Assembly: GCF_964355755.1 (NCBI RefSeq)
Contig: NC_092671.1
Coordinates: forward strand, 14,198,001 to 14,262,000
Length of the DNA: 64,000 nucleotides
Source of the DNA: Antedon mediterranea
Lineage: Eukaryota; Animalia; Echinodermata
Direction: 5' to 3'
Shown one piece after another: positions 37,829 to 51,400 of this stretch. The first letter of the stretch is position 1. Each line of letters begins with the position of its first letter. A program made the position numbers and the translations under genes. The notes under the pieces were generated by a model. That model was not told where the DNA came from and ran no database searches. It saw nothing but the letters and a program-made list of their open reading frames with translations.

Positions 37829-38655
37829 CCGTATATTTCGGTGTATAAGTCGCACTTTTGACACGCAAATTTGACCTCTAAATTAAGGGTGCGTCTTATA
37901 CACCGAACAAAAATGCCTCACCACACAGATTGTACATATAGGCCTAGGCCTAGGCTATCGTCACCTCGTTTGCTAGGCCTGAGTAGGCTAGGCCTAGCTA
38001 CAGTAACTAACTAACGTAACGGCAACCTGCTTCTGCCTAGTTTTCAAGGCATTTTAGCATGATGTTATACTAAATATGATGAAAAGATTTGTTCATTATG
38101 GTGATAAAATTTCATTTGTAAACGTTTACGTACGATTGGAATAGTATTTATTTATACAGTAGTTATACGCACGATCGCCGTACCCGCAACGCAAGCCCTC
38201 TTGGCGGCCACATGGTGTACGGTATTCAACTAGGCTAGTATATTCTCATGGTGATTATAGCATGGACCTAGCGTACACACTTCAATTCTCGGATACATAC
38301 ATAGATACTAATCGAATACGATTGTCCGTGAAAACGTGCGCCCTCTCGAAATGATCGAGCGAGGCTAGCCCACACGTCACGTACATGTTACACACACGGT
38401 CATGCACTCGATGTTGCGGCTGTTGAGGCTGGGCGCGGCCGAGCCTAGGTAAGAAAAAACCTAAATAAAGGACGCCGTTGCAGATATAACAAAATATATT
38501 ATTACAATAATATTGATTACAATTTAAAAAAATATTGTTTTGATGAAATATAAGGTGCGTCTTATACACCGACGATATAAAAAATACCGATATTTTACTC
38601 TCAGTTAGGGGGTGCGTCTTATACACAGGTGCGACTTATACACCGAAATATACGG
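37829..38655 (+). mobile_element. Tc1/mariner (pogo-like) MITE, family copy 1
   Basis: TIRs CCGTATATTTCGGTGTATAAGTCGCAC; TA TSD. Confidence 0.92.
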
Positions 38656-38923
38656 TAATACATATTTAAAAAGTACAGTTTATAGAAAAACGGAATAAAC
38701 TGGACATTAAAATTAACACATTATCACTTCATATTACAGTATAATGAATTAAAATGAATAATAGTAACACATTGAAACAATTGTATTTTATTTCATTGCA
38801 CTACAGTAATGCATTTATTACTGAACAGTATCTAACAATCATTATTGACGTCAATTAGTTTAATATATTATTGATTTGTTTTGTTAAATATTGTAGCTTG
38901 TTGTCATATTTAAATTCACTTGT

Positions 38924-40617
38924 CAGGGAATAATTTCGCCAGTGTAGCATAGCAAAAAGCTATACAAAACAACCTTATTGCTACACATTTCTACAATTGT
39001 GTAGCAAAAAATACAATACAAAACTATATGTTTCTGGACTCAAAAATCAGTTTGATTAGCAATATTGCTAAACAAAATTTTAAAATGAAATTTTCCCCTG
39101 CTTGTCATTATGTCTGTCTGAAATCAATTAAAAATAATAAACTATACTGGGGTAGCACTAACATTTCATTTTGTTTAGCCATTTGGCGAAAGTCAGAATA
39201 TTTTTTTTAGTCAAATCAGTTTATCTATAGCCAAAATGGCTAAAGTCAAATTTTTTTATTTAGCCAAATGAATCGGTTTATAGCCAAAATTTAAAATTTT
39301 TGAAATATAGTGGTAAAAACATTTTAGTCAATTTATCTATGTCAACAGGTCTATACACTGTTCCCTGAACATTTTTGTAAGGCATTGAGATAAAGAACCA
39401 TGCCTAAATAATCACTGATTAAAAAAATATTTTTTTTGTATTTTTTTTACATGATCAAAACAATTGTTCAAATTGTTTTTAATCATACAGCATTTATACA
39501 GTTATCAATTTAATAAGAAACATTTTACAGTTTTCTGAAATTCCCGTGAACGCTATGTTACTTTTGTTTTTTACGCTTGGCTGGTCATGTTTGCGTGTGA
39601 CGGCTTCCATGGCGTACCAGGCGAAAATCGTGTCCTAGAATCACTCAGAATCACCGCCGCGCAGCTGGTTAATGTTTTTAAATTGGGTATGCTCAAGAGG
39701 TGCGAAAGTGCAGAACCGCCGGCCTAGGCCTACAAAATTATGTACAACAACGGTATATCGTATGCTAAAAATATTGAGGAAAATTCCTAGCAAACGAACA
39801 ATCGTATCGTTGTTAAACGTAAGATAATATAGGCCAAAGCACAGGGTACGTCTTTCCATCCCTCAAGGCTGCGCCGAAGCGTTTCTGTCAGGGCGAGAAA
39901 TTTATCCGATTATTATTTATTTACACAACAACACAGAAGCCGGCGGCCGGCCCCGCTCAGATGCACGTGTGTGTTTTAGCTAAATCCCCGTTAGACTCTA
40001 CCATTTTCCGCATGTTGTTTTGTTTACACTGACGCACGAGGGAAGTTTATTAAGGCTAAAATATGAAACTACATTAAATTGGAAGACTCTAAAATGCATA
40101 ACGCATACATTTTTGATTTCGATAAGATTAAGACGTCATTCAGCATCGAAGATACTATAATGTTTCTTTTTAATCTGAAAAGTACACCCCTATCGAAAAA
40201 TAGACAATCCCGGTAATTAGCCGACCGTCGGCTATGTAGTCGATCGTTTGTGCAGCGCACAACACGTGATAGTTTGGCTAGACTTCATCATCCATGTGTC
40301 GTGTAACGTCTGTCTCTCTGTGCAGTCTACCTCTGCTATCTCCATCTTTTTGAAATAACAAAGAGACGCCTGGTACAACGAAACAAGTTGACGAAAAATG
40401 GAGCTTGAAGTAAACAACGTGATAACAAACAAAATAAATGCTTGGAGATCGACAAATGGACCTTTTAGTTGGACTTTATGCTTTCGCCAAAATGATTATT
40501 TAATTATCTATTTTATCATATGTCATCGCCAAAATGGCTAAAGTAGCCGTTTTATTTTTCGCCAATCTAGAAACGTTTTCGCCCATGGCGACTTGGCGAT
40601 CGGCCAGTGCGAGCCTA
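38924..40617. mobile_element. Probable degraded hAT-like element(s) with (T/A)GCCAAAATGGC subterminal repeats
   Basis: clusters of TAGCCAAAATGGCTAAAGT / TCGCCAAAATGGCTAAAGT near 39230 and 40530; CAGGGAA...TTCCCTG; ends and TSD unresolved. Confidence 0.4.
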
Positions 40618-43059
40618 GCTATAAATATAAAATATATAGTATAGTAATATAATATCAACACTAAGTGTGAAAATCATGTAATTTTTGTAAAGGGTATAGT
40701 ACTTTGGTAGTTGGTTGAACCTCTTATCAAAGCAGATTGCTTTCGTAAGAACATATTGTATTTTATTATACATTATATGAAAATAACAGCGACCTAGACA
40801 CACATATTGATTCACATACAGCTGTCTGCAATATTAATATTGATAAAGTATTTTTAATTACCAATTTAACATACATGGACAAGACACAATGATAATGATG
40901 GTAGAAATTAAGAGATATTAATTTATGATGATTTGATTGTAAACTAAACAGTAATGGAAATTAAATTGTTTTTCCTTTTGATCTGATAACATTATTAATG
41001 TTGAAATATTAAATATTAGTACGCTGTATTTCATTGATACATGTTTGAAGGTGACTAGTATACCTTTTTGATTTTAGATATGTTATGATCAGGTTGCAAA
41101 GAGGTCGACCTTCGACAGTTTCAAAGAAATTGGTCTAAAAAATGTATGTTTTGTGGAAAACAGTCATATAAACCATAGTCTAAAAACACTTTGGGAAAAT
41201 TAGAAGATATCTCCGCACAAAGAGTGTCTGGTATTGTGGTTTAGGAAGAGATAGAATACAAGGACTATAAGGCTATTAAAATAGATGCAAAGAGCAAAAA
41301 TGTTCTTGTCAAAATTGTAAATAACACAAGTTAATTATATGATGGTAATGTATAGAAGTTAATCATACCATGATTCACAAGCATTTAACACCACTATCTG
41401 GCTGTGAGATGTGTAAGATACTTTGTAATTATAAATTGTTCAATGAACGATATTAATTTTCGTATTAAAATGTTGATTATTGATTAGATATTACCTTAAT
41501 TTCATCACAAGATTTACTGATTAATTAATTTAATTAATATTTTTAGGCACAAAATAACAGATAGAGATGTTTGATATCAAGTGTTTATAGATTACAATAT
41601 TTATTTGAATAAATGCACCTCCCTTTGAATAACCGCCTCCCACCTTTGAATAAATGCCTTCCTCGAATAACAACCCCCCCATAAAGTGAAGTTGTCTTTT
41701 ATTTAATTGATGAACAATCTTTTGTTTCAATCATTATTGTTAATTTTGAGTGGATTTTAATAATTAGAAATGATTTACACAAATCATACATCATATTTTA
41801 TTCACTATAATTAGCCATTGCTCTACTCTTGTAATGTGACCTTTATGATTTAATTTCAGCAAGCTAAGTGGTAAGCAGTGACCTTGAGTCATTATTGTGA
41901 AATGCACTCTATATTATACACAACACCAGTAAAAGTGTATTCCTGCTCACTGGTGTGCGTGTGTACTTATAGTGCTTGCTTGCTTCGTGTTCTTTTAAAC
42001 TAAACACTTTGTTTATTGTTTTAACTATACAGAGAAACATATTGAACAGTGTCTGGAGAATATTGAACGTTTTATGTGTTGGGATTTGTTGATAACGAAT
42101 ACTTTACTAACGAATACTTTGTGAAGCAAAACAACTGTGAGTGTGAGTGAGCTGACTGTCTGCTGTGGTGAAGCATTATTGTATTCTACAGTTTATGAAA
42201 CTTAATCCAGTTGTGTGTGTTAGGCAAAACAATATGCTAAAGGCATAAAGGAATTAAAAATAAGGTGAGTTTTTATTTGGTTATTTTTTGTGAATATTTA
42301 AACTTACTGAATTATACTAATCTTCATCCTGTACTGTACATATATTTATGATCATTTATTGCAGGTAGATTAAGGATAGCATTGGTTTAAACGCTGTATG
42401 AAAGTATGTTTAGGCACTGAAATTTCGATAAATACAATATACGGTTTTGTTTTATACACTTCTGTCAGGCAGTATTTAGTTTATCAATCGTGTGTGTGTG
42501 CCTGGATTGAATGTTTAAAATGTCATCAAACATGTGTGTGTATGTGTTGGACTACAAAAAGAACAAACTTATAAAGATTGTTGAATTGTTGACCAATCAA
42601 GGTGCTTTAAACATTCCTGGCTTTGTTTGTATCAAACCTGTTAGTGGCGGTAATTATCGCTGTTGGTTTCGATTGAATAAAAAAAAAAAAATAAATAAAT
42701 AAATAAATGCAAAGTACAATAACTAAATTTGTCCTCATGTGAACTTTTATGACCAAATGTAATATTAGTAGAATTATTCAGCCAGAACTCTACTAAAAGA
42801 CAAAATCAATAACCAACATTCTTAACGTAATTTTAGGTAAAAGCAATCATAAATTAGATTTATTTTAGTACATACAAGTGTAAAATCTTGCTGGCTGATA
42901 ATTATTGCATGTTAGAGGTTATTTTATTAATTTTTATTTATGAAATTTAAAAAATGACTTGTTATCTAGCTGTGTCACCAATCTAAAATGATGCTGGTTA
43001 TTTACATTCTAATACATTGTATAAAAGGTATGGTGAGTCCTGTATTCATTCTGAACATG

Positions 43060-44082
43060 GGGGAATGAGCTGCTAGGAGCTCATTTTACTGTTTTACCAA
43101 TCCTCTGTATTATGTGGTAGGGTGGCCAGTTACTTTCCACGCCGCCTTATCCTCCCTAGTATTTTCAACTAGGTACCGTATATTTCGGTGTATAAGTCGC
43201 ACTTTTGACACGCAAATTTGACCTCTAAATTAAGGGTGCGTCTTATACACCGAACATAAATGCCTCGCCACACAGATTGTACATCCTAGGCCTAGGCCTA
43301 GGCTATCGTCACCTCGTTTGCTAGGCCTGAGTAGGCTAGGCCTAGCTACAGTAACTAACTAACTAACGTAACGGCAACCTGCTTCTGCCTAGTTTTCAAG
43401 GCATTTTAGCATGATGTTACACTAAATATGATGAAAAGATTTGTTCATTATGGCGATAAAATTTCATTTGTAAACGTTTAGGTACGATTGGAATAGTATT
43501 TATTTATACAGTAGTTATACGCACGATCGCCGTACCCCCAGCGCAAGCCCTTCTTGGCGGCCACATGGTGTACGGTATTCGACTAGTATATTCTCCAGGT
43601 GATTATAGAATGGACCTAGCGTACACACTTCTCGGATACATAGATATTAATCGAATACGATTGTCCGTGAAAACGTGTGCCCTCTCGAAATGATCGAGCG
43701 AGGCTAGCCCACACTCGCAGCCCACACGTACGTGTTACACACACGGTCATGCACTCGATGTTGCGGCTGTTGAGGCTGGGCGCGGCCGAGCCTAGGTAAG
43801 AAAAAACCTAAATAAAGGACGCCGTTGCAGATTTAACAAAATATATTATTACAATAATATTGATTACACTTTAAAAAAACATTGTTTTGATGAAATATAA
43901 GGTGCGTCTTATACCCCGACGATATAAAAAATACCGATATTTTACTCTCAGTTAGGGGTGCGTCTTATACACAGGTGCGACTTATACACCGAAATATACG
44001 GTACTCATTTACAGCTGAATGGACTGGACCCTGGAATCTCTGTATGACAGTCAAGTGTCCTAACCACTTGGCTACCCAACTC
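43060..44082 (-). mobile_element. tRNA-derived SINE interrupted by MITE copy 2
   Basis: minus-strand A box GGTAGCCAAGTGGTTAGG; central CATTCAGCTGTAAATGAGTACCTAG is restored when the MITE and one TA are removed. Confidence 0.65.
43176..44001 (+). mobile_element. Tc1/mariner (pogo-like) MITE, family copy 2
   Basis: same TIRs and body as 37829-38655; TA TSD. Confidence 0.92.
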
Positions 44083-47000
44083 CAGACTACATTATATACT
44101 AACCATTATTTAAACTTGTAGATACTCTTATTAACAAATTTTGACTAATATTTATAATAGTTAATTGATAGGCTTTAAAATGATCATGACATTTTGAGGC
44201 AGTTAAAAGACAGTAAAGACGTGCTATACAATAGCACTTTTTAAATTAGTTAAATTAGTGAATAATAATTAATTAAATAAGTGAATTCACTAAATCGGTT
44301 CTCACTAATTGCAAAACTTTTTCCTCGCAATTTCATACAAAATAACTAGGTATGAACTTTACAATTTTAGTTTCTCTACAGGCAAATTTGAACATTATTA
44401 CGGTCATTTTTTTATCCTTGACCAGACCCACTTTATAATATTAAAAGTAGATAATATCATTAGTGAATAGTATATCTTTTCTATAGTAACTAGACATGCA
44501 TAATTGTGATACTGTACTACATATTATGCTTCTAGCACATTAGTACACGCAGTAGTAATGATATTTTTGCCCACCCATCCAAATGAAAATGAGTTCTAAA
44601 GTATGTTAATATTCCCATTCCCAACAGTTGTATTGGATTTCCCCATGGAATAATAAAAAATGGGAATGACTTGTTGTCCTGGTTGTTGTAATCAAATACA
44701 CATTAGTACTAAAACTATACAGCATAACACCAATAATGCCTTTTTATTTTAAAATACTTGATTTTTGTTGGAGTGTCCGCTTTTATTACCATTTAGGCAT
44801 AATTTGATGGAATTAATGTAAATCGCGTTCTCTACGCCCTTTGGACATTATGGTATGTTCAGTACATTGTTTTGCGGTTTACATGATTACCATCAATGTC
44901 AAAGGTATTAATCCTAGCTCATTCCTTCTGAAAACAAGTTAATTTAGGCATTACAGTACATAGTGATGGAGTAAAGAGGAGAGATAAAAATGTGATTGTA
45001 CTGTATCTGATTTATGTTTTCTTCCATATAGGTAGATGTAGGGGTTATCACATTTTACTTAAAAGTTGCTAAATTTATAGTAAGAGCAAAGTCCAAAGTA
45101 TAACTTTTTACAGATTAGACCATGACTAACCACATGTGTCATAGTCATAGTACAGTAAAATATTCAAAATGTAGTAAACAAATTCAATTTTGAACTTCTT
45201 ATAATTTGCTGAATTATTGATGACCAACAGAATAAGTATACAGAACTTTTTGTTCTTGTATAATTGTAGGTTATGGGTAAAATCGTTATCAACAATCAAC
45301 CCAAAAGTCAAAAGTCAAATTATGTTTTCTGGTGGTTGAACCTGTTTGGCAATAAATGGTGATAATAAAATGGCTTAAAGTGGTTTATTTCAAAAAGGGT
45401 AGTAATAATGTTGTGTCAAAGGTCATGTATGTATTGAAAGTATTTAAAATAAGTAGAATTTTAGACGAATAATATACTGACATGTAACAGTAAGGTTTAA
45501 AAGAAACAATGCATGCTCTTTAATGAATAATATAGGGACAAATTCCTTTTTGACTTCCTAAGTAATGAACGAAAACCAATCTAAAGTTGATTAAACATAC
45601 AGTTTGACCTACAGTTTCATACTTTAAATTTCAAAAACTAAACCTCTTCCTTACCAACTTCCAGGAAAGAAGCCTTTGATTTCATGGGTTTAAAAAAACC
45701 AAAAAAAAAAAACTCTTGGATGTCTCTATCTCTTGAGCTCCTATGCGTTCTCTTCCGGGGGAACTCTCATTTAAGCACTTCAATGAACCAAAAAAATTAG
45801 CTGGTGAAAATAACTTATCTGTGTCATTTTACCTTCTTTTTGTTATTTTTAGTATATTTATTTTTTCCTTGTTGTGTAGAAACATTTGTATTAAGCCCTA
45901 TATAAGACTATAAGCCTATATTATCATTCAAAAGAAAAATAAAAAATATAATCATTTAATATAATATTTTATTAATAACTGAAAGATAATGTAGAGAATA
46001 TCTGCAATCATTATTGTTTTTAGACAGTGTCGTAATTGCTTTCTTTGACAGATTTGTGCCGACAAATAATGTTTAATTTGCAAGTTGATATGATGCCATT
46101 TTGAGGAGTAATCTTGGCTCCAACCAAGCTTACTTACTAGTCTTGTTGGCTTAGAATTATAGCAGATTTTGCTATAATCAGATTTTTTATTTTCGCTCAT
46201 GTCGGAAGACAAACAAAGCCTTGTTTATCTATTATTGATTCACATGATTGAGCCGGTTTTTGTGTGTGGATTCATTTTCTATTCTGCATGTTTTAGGGGA
46301 TTCATGAAGATGAAATCTTTTTTCAAGGATTTTAAGATTTACATGATTTCGGATCAGTGTCAATGACTTTGTATTTTTTATTTTATATTTCAAACATTCA
46401 ATACATATTAGGATATTACTCTGTACATAGTGCAACATTTCTAATCATTATTAAGATACTGTTAGTAATTAACTAATATTAATTTATAAGATATATTTCA
46501 CTTGCTTTATGACAAAAGGTCGAGCTTGGAGATCCACTTTGAATTATAAGTACATTATACTCAAAAGAGTGTACGTGTGATACAGCATGTTTACAATAAT
46601 GCAAAATTAGACAATACATTGCTTTCCAACAGTAAAGTAACAAAAATAGTGATAGCTTTCTATGAAAATTATTTGGAATTTAGAATAGCCTTTAATACTA
46701 GAAATGTAGATGAAAGGTCTAACATAAAATTTAAGGTGGAAAACTTGAAAGAAGTTAGGCCAGACGGAAGAACTTTATACTGTGTAACCTTTGCCTAATG
46801 AACCTAACACAGTTACTTGACGACCATTTATACTGTATGATATAAAATAGAAGAATCATATTCAACGAAAAAATCTGAATCATCAACATTTTGTGGCTCG
46901 TAAAGCTTTATTAAATTTATAATAAAATGTTGAATTTGATGTAATTGTTTTGTATGAGACAGAAAATTTATTTAGAATTTTTTTTCCTGTTTTCTTGTTC

Positions 47001-47249
47001 TGGGGAGGAGGAGGAAGGAGGGAAATTTATCCGCTCCTTCAAGTTCTTTTATTGAAGCAGGAATCCCAGTAGGAGAGGTTATGGAATAGACGCGGATTAC
47101 GCAGTCATAAATAAGCTGTTTCATAGAAGAAACAGACCATTCATACTATTGTTAATATATAAGTCATTTTGTGGTGTCAGAAAATAAGTACTTGCCCTAC
47201 TTGAACATTTCTATTCAAATGTTGTACTACATTTTAATTAGTATGTATT

Positions 47250-48453
47250 TACTTATTCGTTATACTATTGGGTAGCCTCTTCAGTCAAAGACTGTTCTCC
47301 CAGAGGGCCCAGTGTATAGTACTATGATAAGTTTTTGACAGTGGCTGTGTGTGAATTAGTAACCCCCTACTTGTCTCGAAAGATGTACCGTATATTTTGG
47401 TGTATAAGTCGCACTTTTGACACGCAAATTTGACCTCTAAATTAAGGGTGCGTCTTATACACCGAACATAAATGCCTCACCACACAGATTGTACATAGGC
47501 CTAGGCCTCGATATCGTCACCTTGTTTGCTAGGCCTGAGTAGGCTAGGTCTAGCTACAGTAACTAACTAACGTAACAGCAACCTGCTTCTGCCTAGTTTT
47601 CAAGGCATTTTAGCATGATGTTATACTAAATATGATGAAAAGATTTGTTCATTATGGAGCTGTTTTAGGCGCTCCGATAAAATTTCATTTGTAAACGTTT
47701 ACATACGATTGGAATAGTATTTATTTATACAGTAGTTATACGCACGATTGATCGCCGACCGCCGTACCCCCAGCGCAAGCCCTTCTTGGCGGCCACATGG
47801 TGTACGGTATTCGACTAGTATATTCTCCAGGTGATTATAACATGGACCTAGCGTACACACTTCTCGGATACATAGATACTAATCAAATACGATTGTCCGT
47901 GAAAACGTGCGCCCTCTCGAAATGATCGAGCGAGGCTAGCCCACACACGTACGTGTTACACACACGGTCATGCACTCGATGTTGCGGGTGCGAAACTCAT
48001 GAATAACAAGTTAGAAAGAACTTGTTGAGGCGGGGCGCGGCCGAGCCTAGGTAAGGAAAAACCTAAATAAAGGACGCCGTTGTAGATATAACAAAATATA
48101 TTATTACAATAATATTGATTACAAAATCATTGAAAAACATTGTTTTGATGAAATATAAGGTGCGTCTTATACATAGACGATATAAAAAATACCGATATTT
48201 TACTCTCAGTTAGGGGGTGCGTCTTATACACAGGTGCGACTTATACACCGAAATATACGGTACATTGTTTTCTTACAATGGTTTAAATATTTTTTATAGA
48301 TTAAGTGCACAGATGTGTACACTGAACCTACGGTTTTATAGTCCTTATCCGCGAAGACTTGAAACCATGGAGCGAGTGAGCCTCAAACCATTACCGATGT
48401 TATGGCCACATTATTACAGTTCCACTGTCTTAACCGCTCGGCCACTCGCTCGC
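47250..48453 (-). mobile_element. tRNA(Tyr-like)-headed SINE interrupted by MITE copy 3
   Basis: minus-strand head GAGCGAGTGGCCGAGCGGTTAAG...CTGTAAT...CTCGCTCCA (48368-48451); central AGTCTTCGCGGATAAGGACTATAAAACCGTAGG; LINE-like 3' stem-loop near 47270-47310. Confidence 0.7.
47388..48260 (+). mobile_element. Tc1/mariner (pogo-like) MITE, family copy 3
   Basis: same TIRs and body, with two extra internal segments; TA TSD. Confidence 0.92.
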
Positions 48454-51400
48454 TAAGAGTACTCAGCACTGTATTCAAACTTATTCTGTTATTAGTTATT
48501 ATTACCAATACAGATATATTTGAAATATACCTTTAAATAGTTGCTTTCTGATTCAATAACTTTAATAAACTGTATTTAGTGATTATCTTTAAATCTCCTA
48601 TTTTCCATTGCAAAAAAAAAGTGTTTACTTGATATTAGTCATTGATTTGTGAAGTTTAATTCATTTTTTAAACTTGATAATTCTTTTTGATCTCTGTGTT
48701 CTGAAATGCGTCATATGATTGCTATTAATAAACCAAGCCATTGATGAGTGCATCAGAAGCACTATAGTGCAATTCATTAACAATATACTTTCTCTACTTA
48801 TTTAGTAAATTTGACATTTAACCATATATTATTGTATTTGCTAGTATTATAAATTATTTCTATTATAGTATAAGCTCACATGTTGTGGAATTATTTATTT
48901 GTTTTTATTTTAAAATAATTTAAAATGCAGTAGATACCCATATTCAGTGTACACCACTTTTAAGGCGACACTTTGATCCTGAAGGTGTCCCCTTAATAGG
49001 AGTTCTACTGTATAATTAATACATATTGTATCTCAAATTACTTTTATATAACATTACCAATTATTGAGAAATAGTTTTTACATAGTTGTACATTTTTGTT
49101 TCAGAAAGATTTCAACCTTTTTTAGGATTCTAGATTTTGCAATAATTACATTGCATCAATTCAAAGAGCAGTGACTCTAAACTCATTGATGTGTGAGCTG
49201 TAACATTAAATATCCTAGGGAGAGATATTAAAGGATTAATTCAACCAAACGAATTATGCATCAGCAGCCTTGAACTAGTTCTACGGTGATAAACTAGGCG
49301 CCCTCTTAAGTTTTTCATGTTGATTGTTCTGCAACGTGCACAGTAGAAATTACATTATGCTACTTTAATACCATTCATGCCTTAGATAATACTATGTATT
49401 TTCAATGGTGAGTAGATTGTTTCTGGATAGGTAATACGGTTCACTGGATATAGACCACCAAGTATAGGAGACTTGGCACCGCAGAGCTTATGACAAAGTC
49501 TGTGGATTACAACATAAGTCAAGTGCGGAAGCCAAGATGCGATATCATTATAATTTGTTAACTTTTTCTTTACTTAAGTACAGGCGTTGTGCTTCTAAAG
49601 TTAAATAAACTTGAAATACAGTATTAAACATTGTTTTGTCATTGTTTTCTAACAAAAGTATTTTTTTATAAATTAAGTGTACATTATATAAATATCGATA
49701 ATACCAGGTTGCTTAATACTAATATTACAGTTTTACTAATTTTAATATTGAGAGTTTTGTTTGAATATTTGAGTATACAGTATAGATTAAGACGCACATT
49801 TAGGAATGTATCATAATTCAGTAATTTGATCTTTTTAAAAAAGACCATTGTTTTGAATGTTGATACATGGAGAAATAAATTGTTTAATGTCGGCTTTCGA
49901 CCTATGACCTGGGAATTACTGTATATGATTTCATGGAAGTACTAATTTGCATTGTTAAGTTTGTTTTGCCAACTTTTGTCAAGTTTTCAGACCCAATTTA
50001 GTCGATTCTAGGTTTCAAACCTAAGCTACTGTACCTATAATATTAACACATTTTCTGACCTATTTTATATAAAAATATTATGGCCTATAGTGTAACATTT
50101 ACTACAAACAATTTGAAACATCCATGTTGATTCTAAAGCCTAGGCACTTTTCTGTATATATTATGATATATAAAATTTCTGAAGGTCAGGGTAATTTTTA
50201 ACAGAATTGGGCCCCAGGGTGATGTGGTAGATTTAAAAACTGCAACAGGACATAATGATGAGGGCCATACTGCGCACACAGCTGTGCATGAGCATTTTAA
50301 TTGCTACTAGGTATCAGTCAGTGGTGCTGGAGCTATTTGCACTCTGTTTAATTGCATATTATCAGGGTCAGTGAGCTTCACTTGCCCAGTATTGTTCACA
50401 TATTCTGTTTTTGAGGTTCAAGGCCAACTGAAAAAATAACTAGCTTCCTGCTGAACAGTGTCTGTAGGTCTTGCTGATGCTAGCCAGGAGGCGATAAAAC
50501 ACCACATAAATGGGTATTCATACATTGGACTTGGGTAACCTGGCCAGGTTTGTGTGCTAGTAATTATTAGTTTGGATAATTTCTTCCTGCTTGCCTTTAG
50601 GGTTTTTACGCTGAACATTATTTTTAATTGAAAGGTTACAAACAAGTAAGAAAATGTTTGTTATTGTTATTGCTACTAACTTAGGGCATGATTCAGCTTG
50701 TTTATATTTGACGTTGTCGTTGATAACAATCTGATATATAATTGCATTTACTATTGTGATGTTTACTTTCACTAGATTTTAGGCTACTGTTTTGATGTGA
50801 AATGTGTAAATGCTAAATTATATTTAGGTTACAGTATGTTATTCACCCATAGCTTATTATAATTATGGCCAAATAAATAGAATGTCACCGTCATCACAAA
50901 GACACACAACTAGTGCACTGTGTATAACATTTTACCTTATCTTTTTGTGATGACATTGTCTATACTGAAAGTGTTGTGATGACATTGGTAATGAAAAGAC
51001 TCTGGTTGTGTTTGCCTTTCTAAATGCATATACCCTTCTTCCTATAGTATAAGCCATCAAGTTTGACTGCATACATTCAGTATGTGTCATTTGCATGTGG
51101 ACAGTTTTTGTGTAGGGAAATTCACAAAAATTGATATTCAGTTAGAATACATCCTTAACCTTTGAACTTAAAATTTTTCCATCAGTTGCCTGACATATTT
51201 CTTGAAGCTCTTTGTCGTTCCAATTTCTGACAATATATACTGTAAAAGGCAACAAGATCAGTCAAAGACATTTGAAAACATTCATTAGAGCTAGTTTAAT
51301 ATGTTTGCGACATTAAGTTCTTTTTGGATATGATTACTTAACCTAATTTTATACACAGAGTTAAAATGCCAATTGTAATTGTGTCGAATGCAGGTGAATA

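Noticed and set aside
41590-41690. GAATAAACGCC-like repeat clusters (also at 58420-58710)
   Set aside because: Probably decayed pogo-type MITE subterminal repeats; ends cannot be defined.
48368-48451. tRNA-Tyr-like gene on the minus strand (and the tRNA-like segment at 26499-26560)
   Set aside because: Degenerate T-arm and anticodon stem, embedded in repeat bodies; treated as SINE heads, not functional tRNAs.
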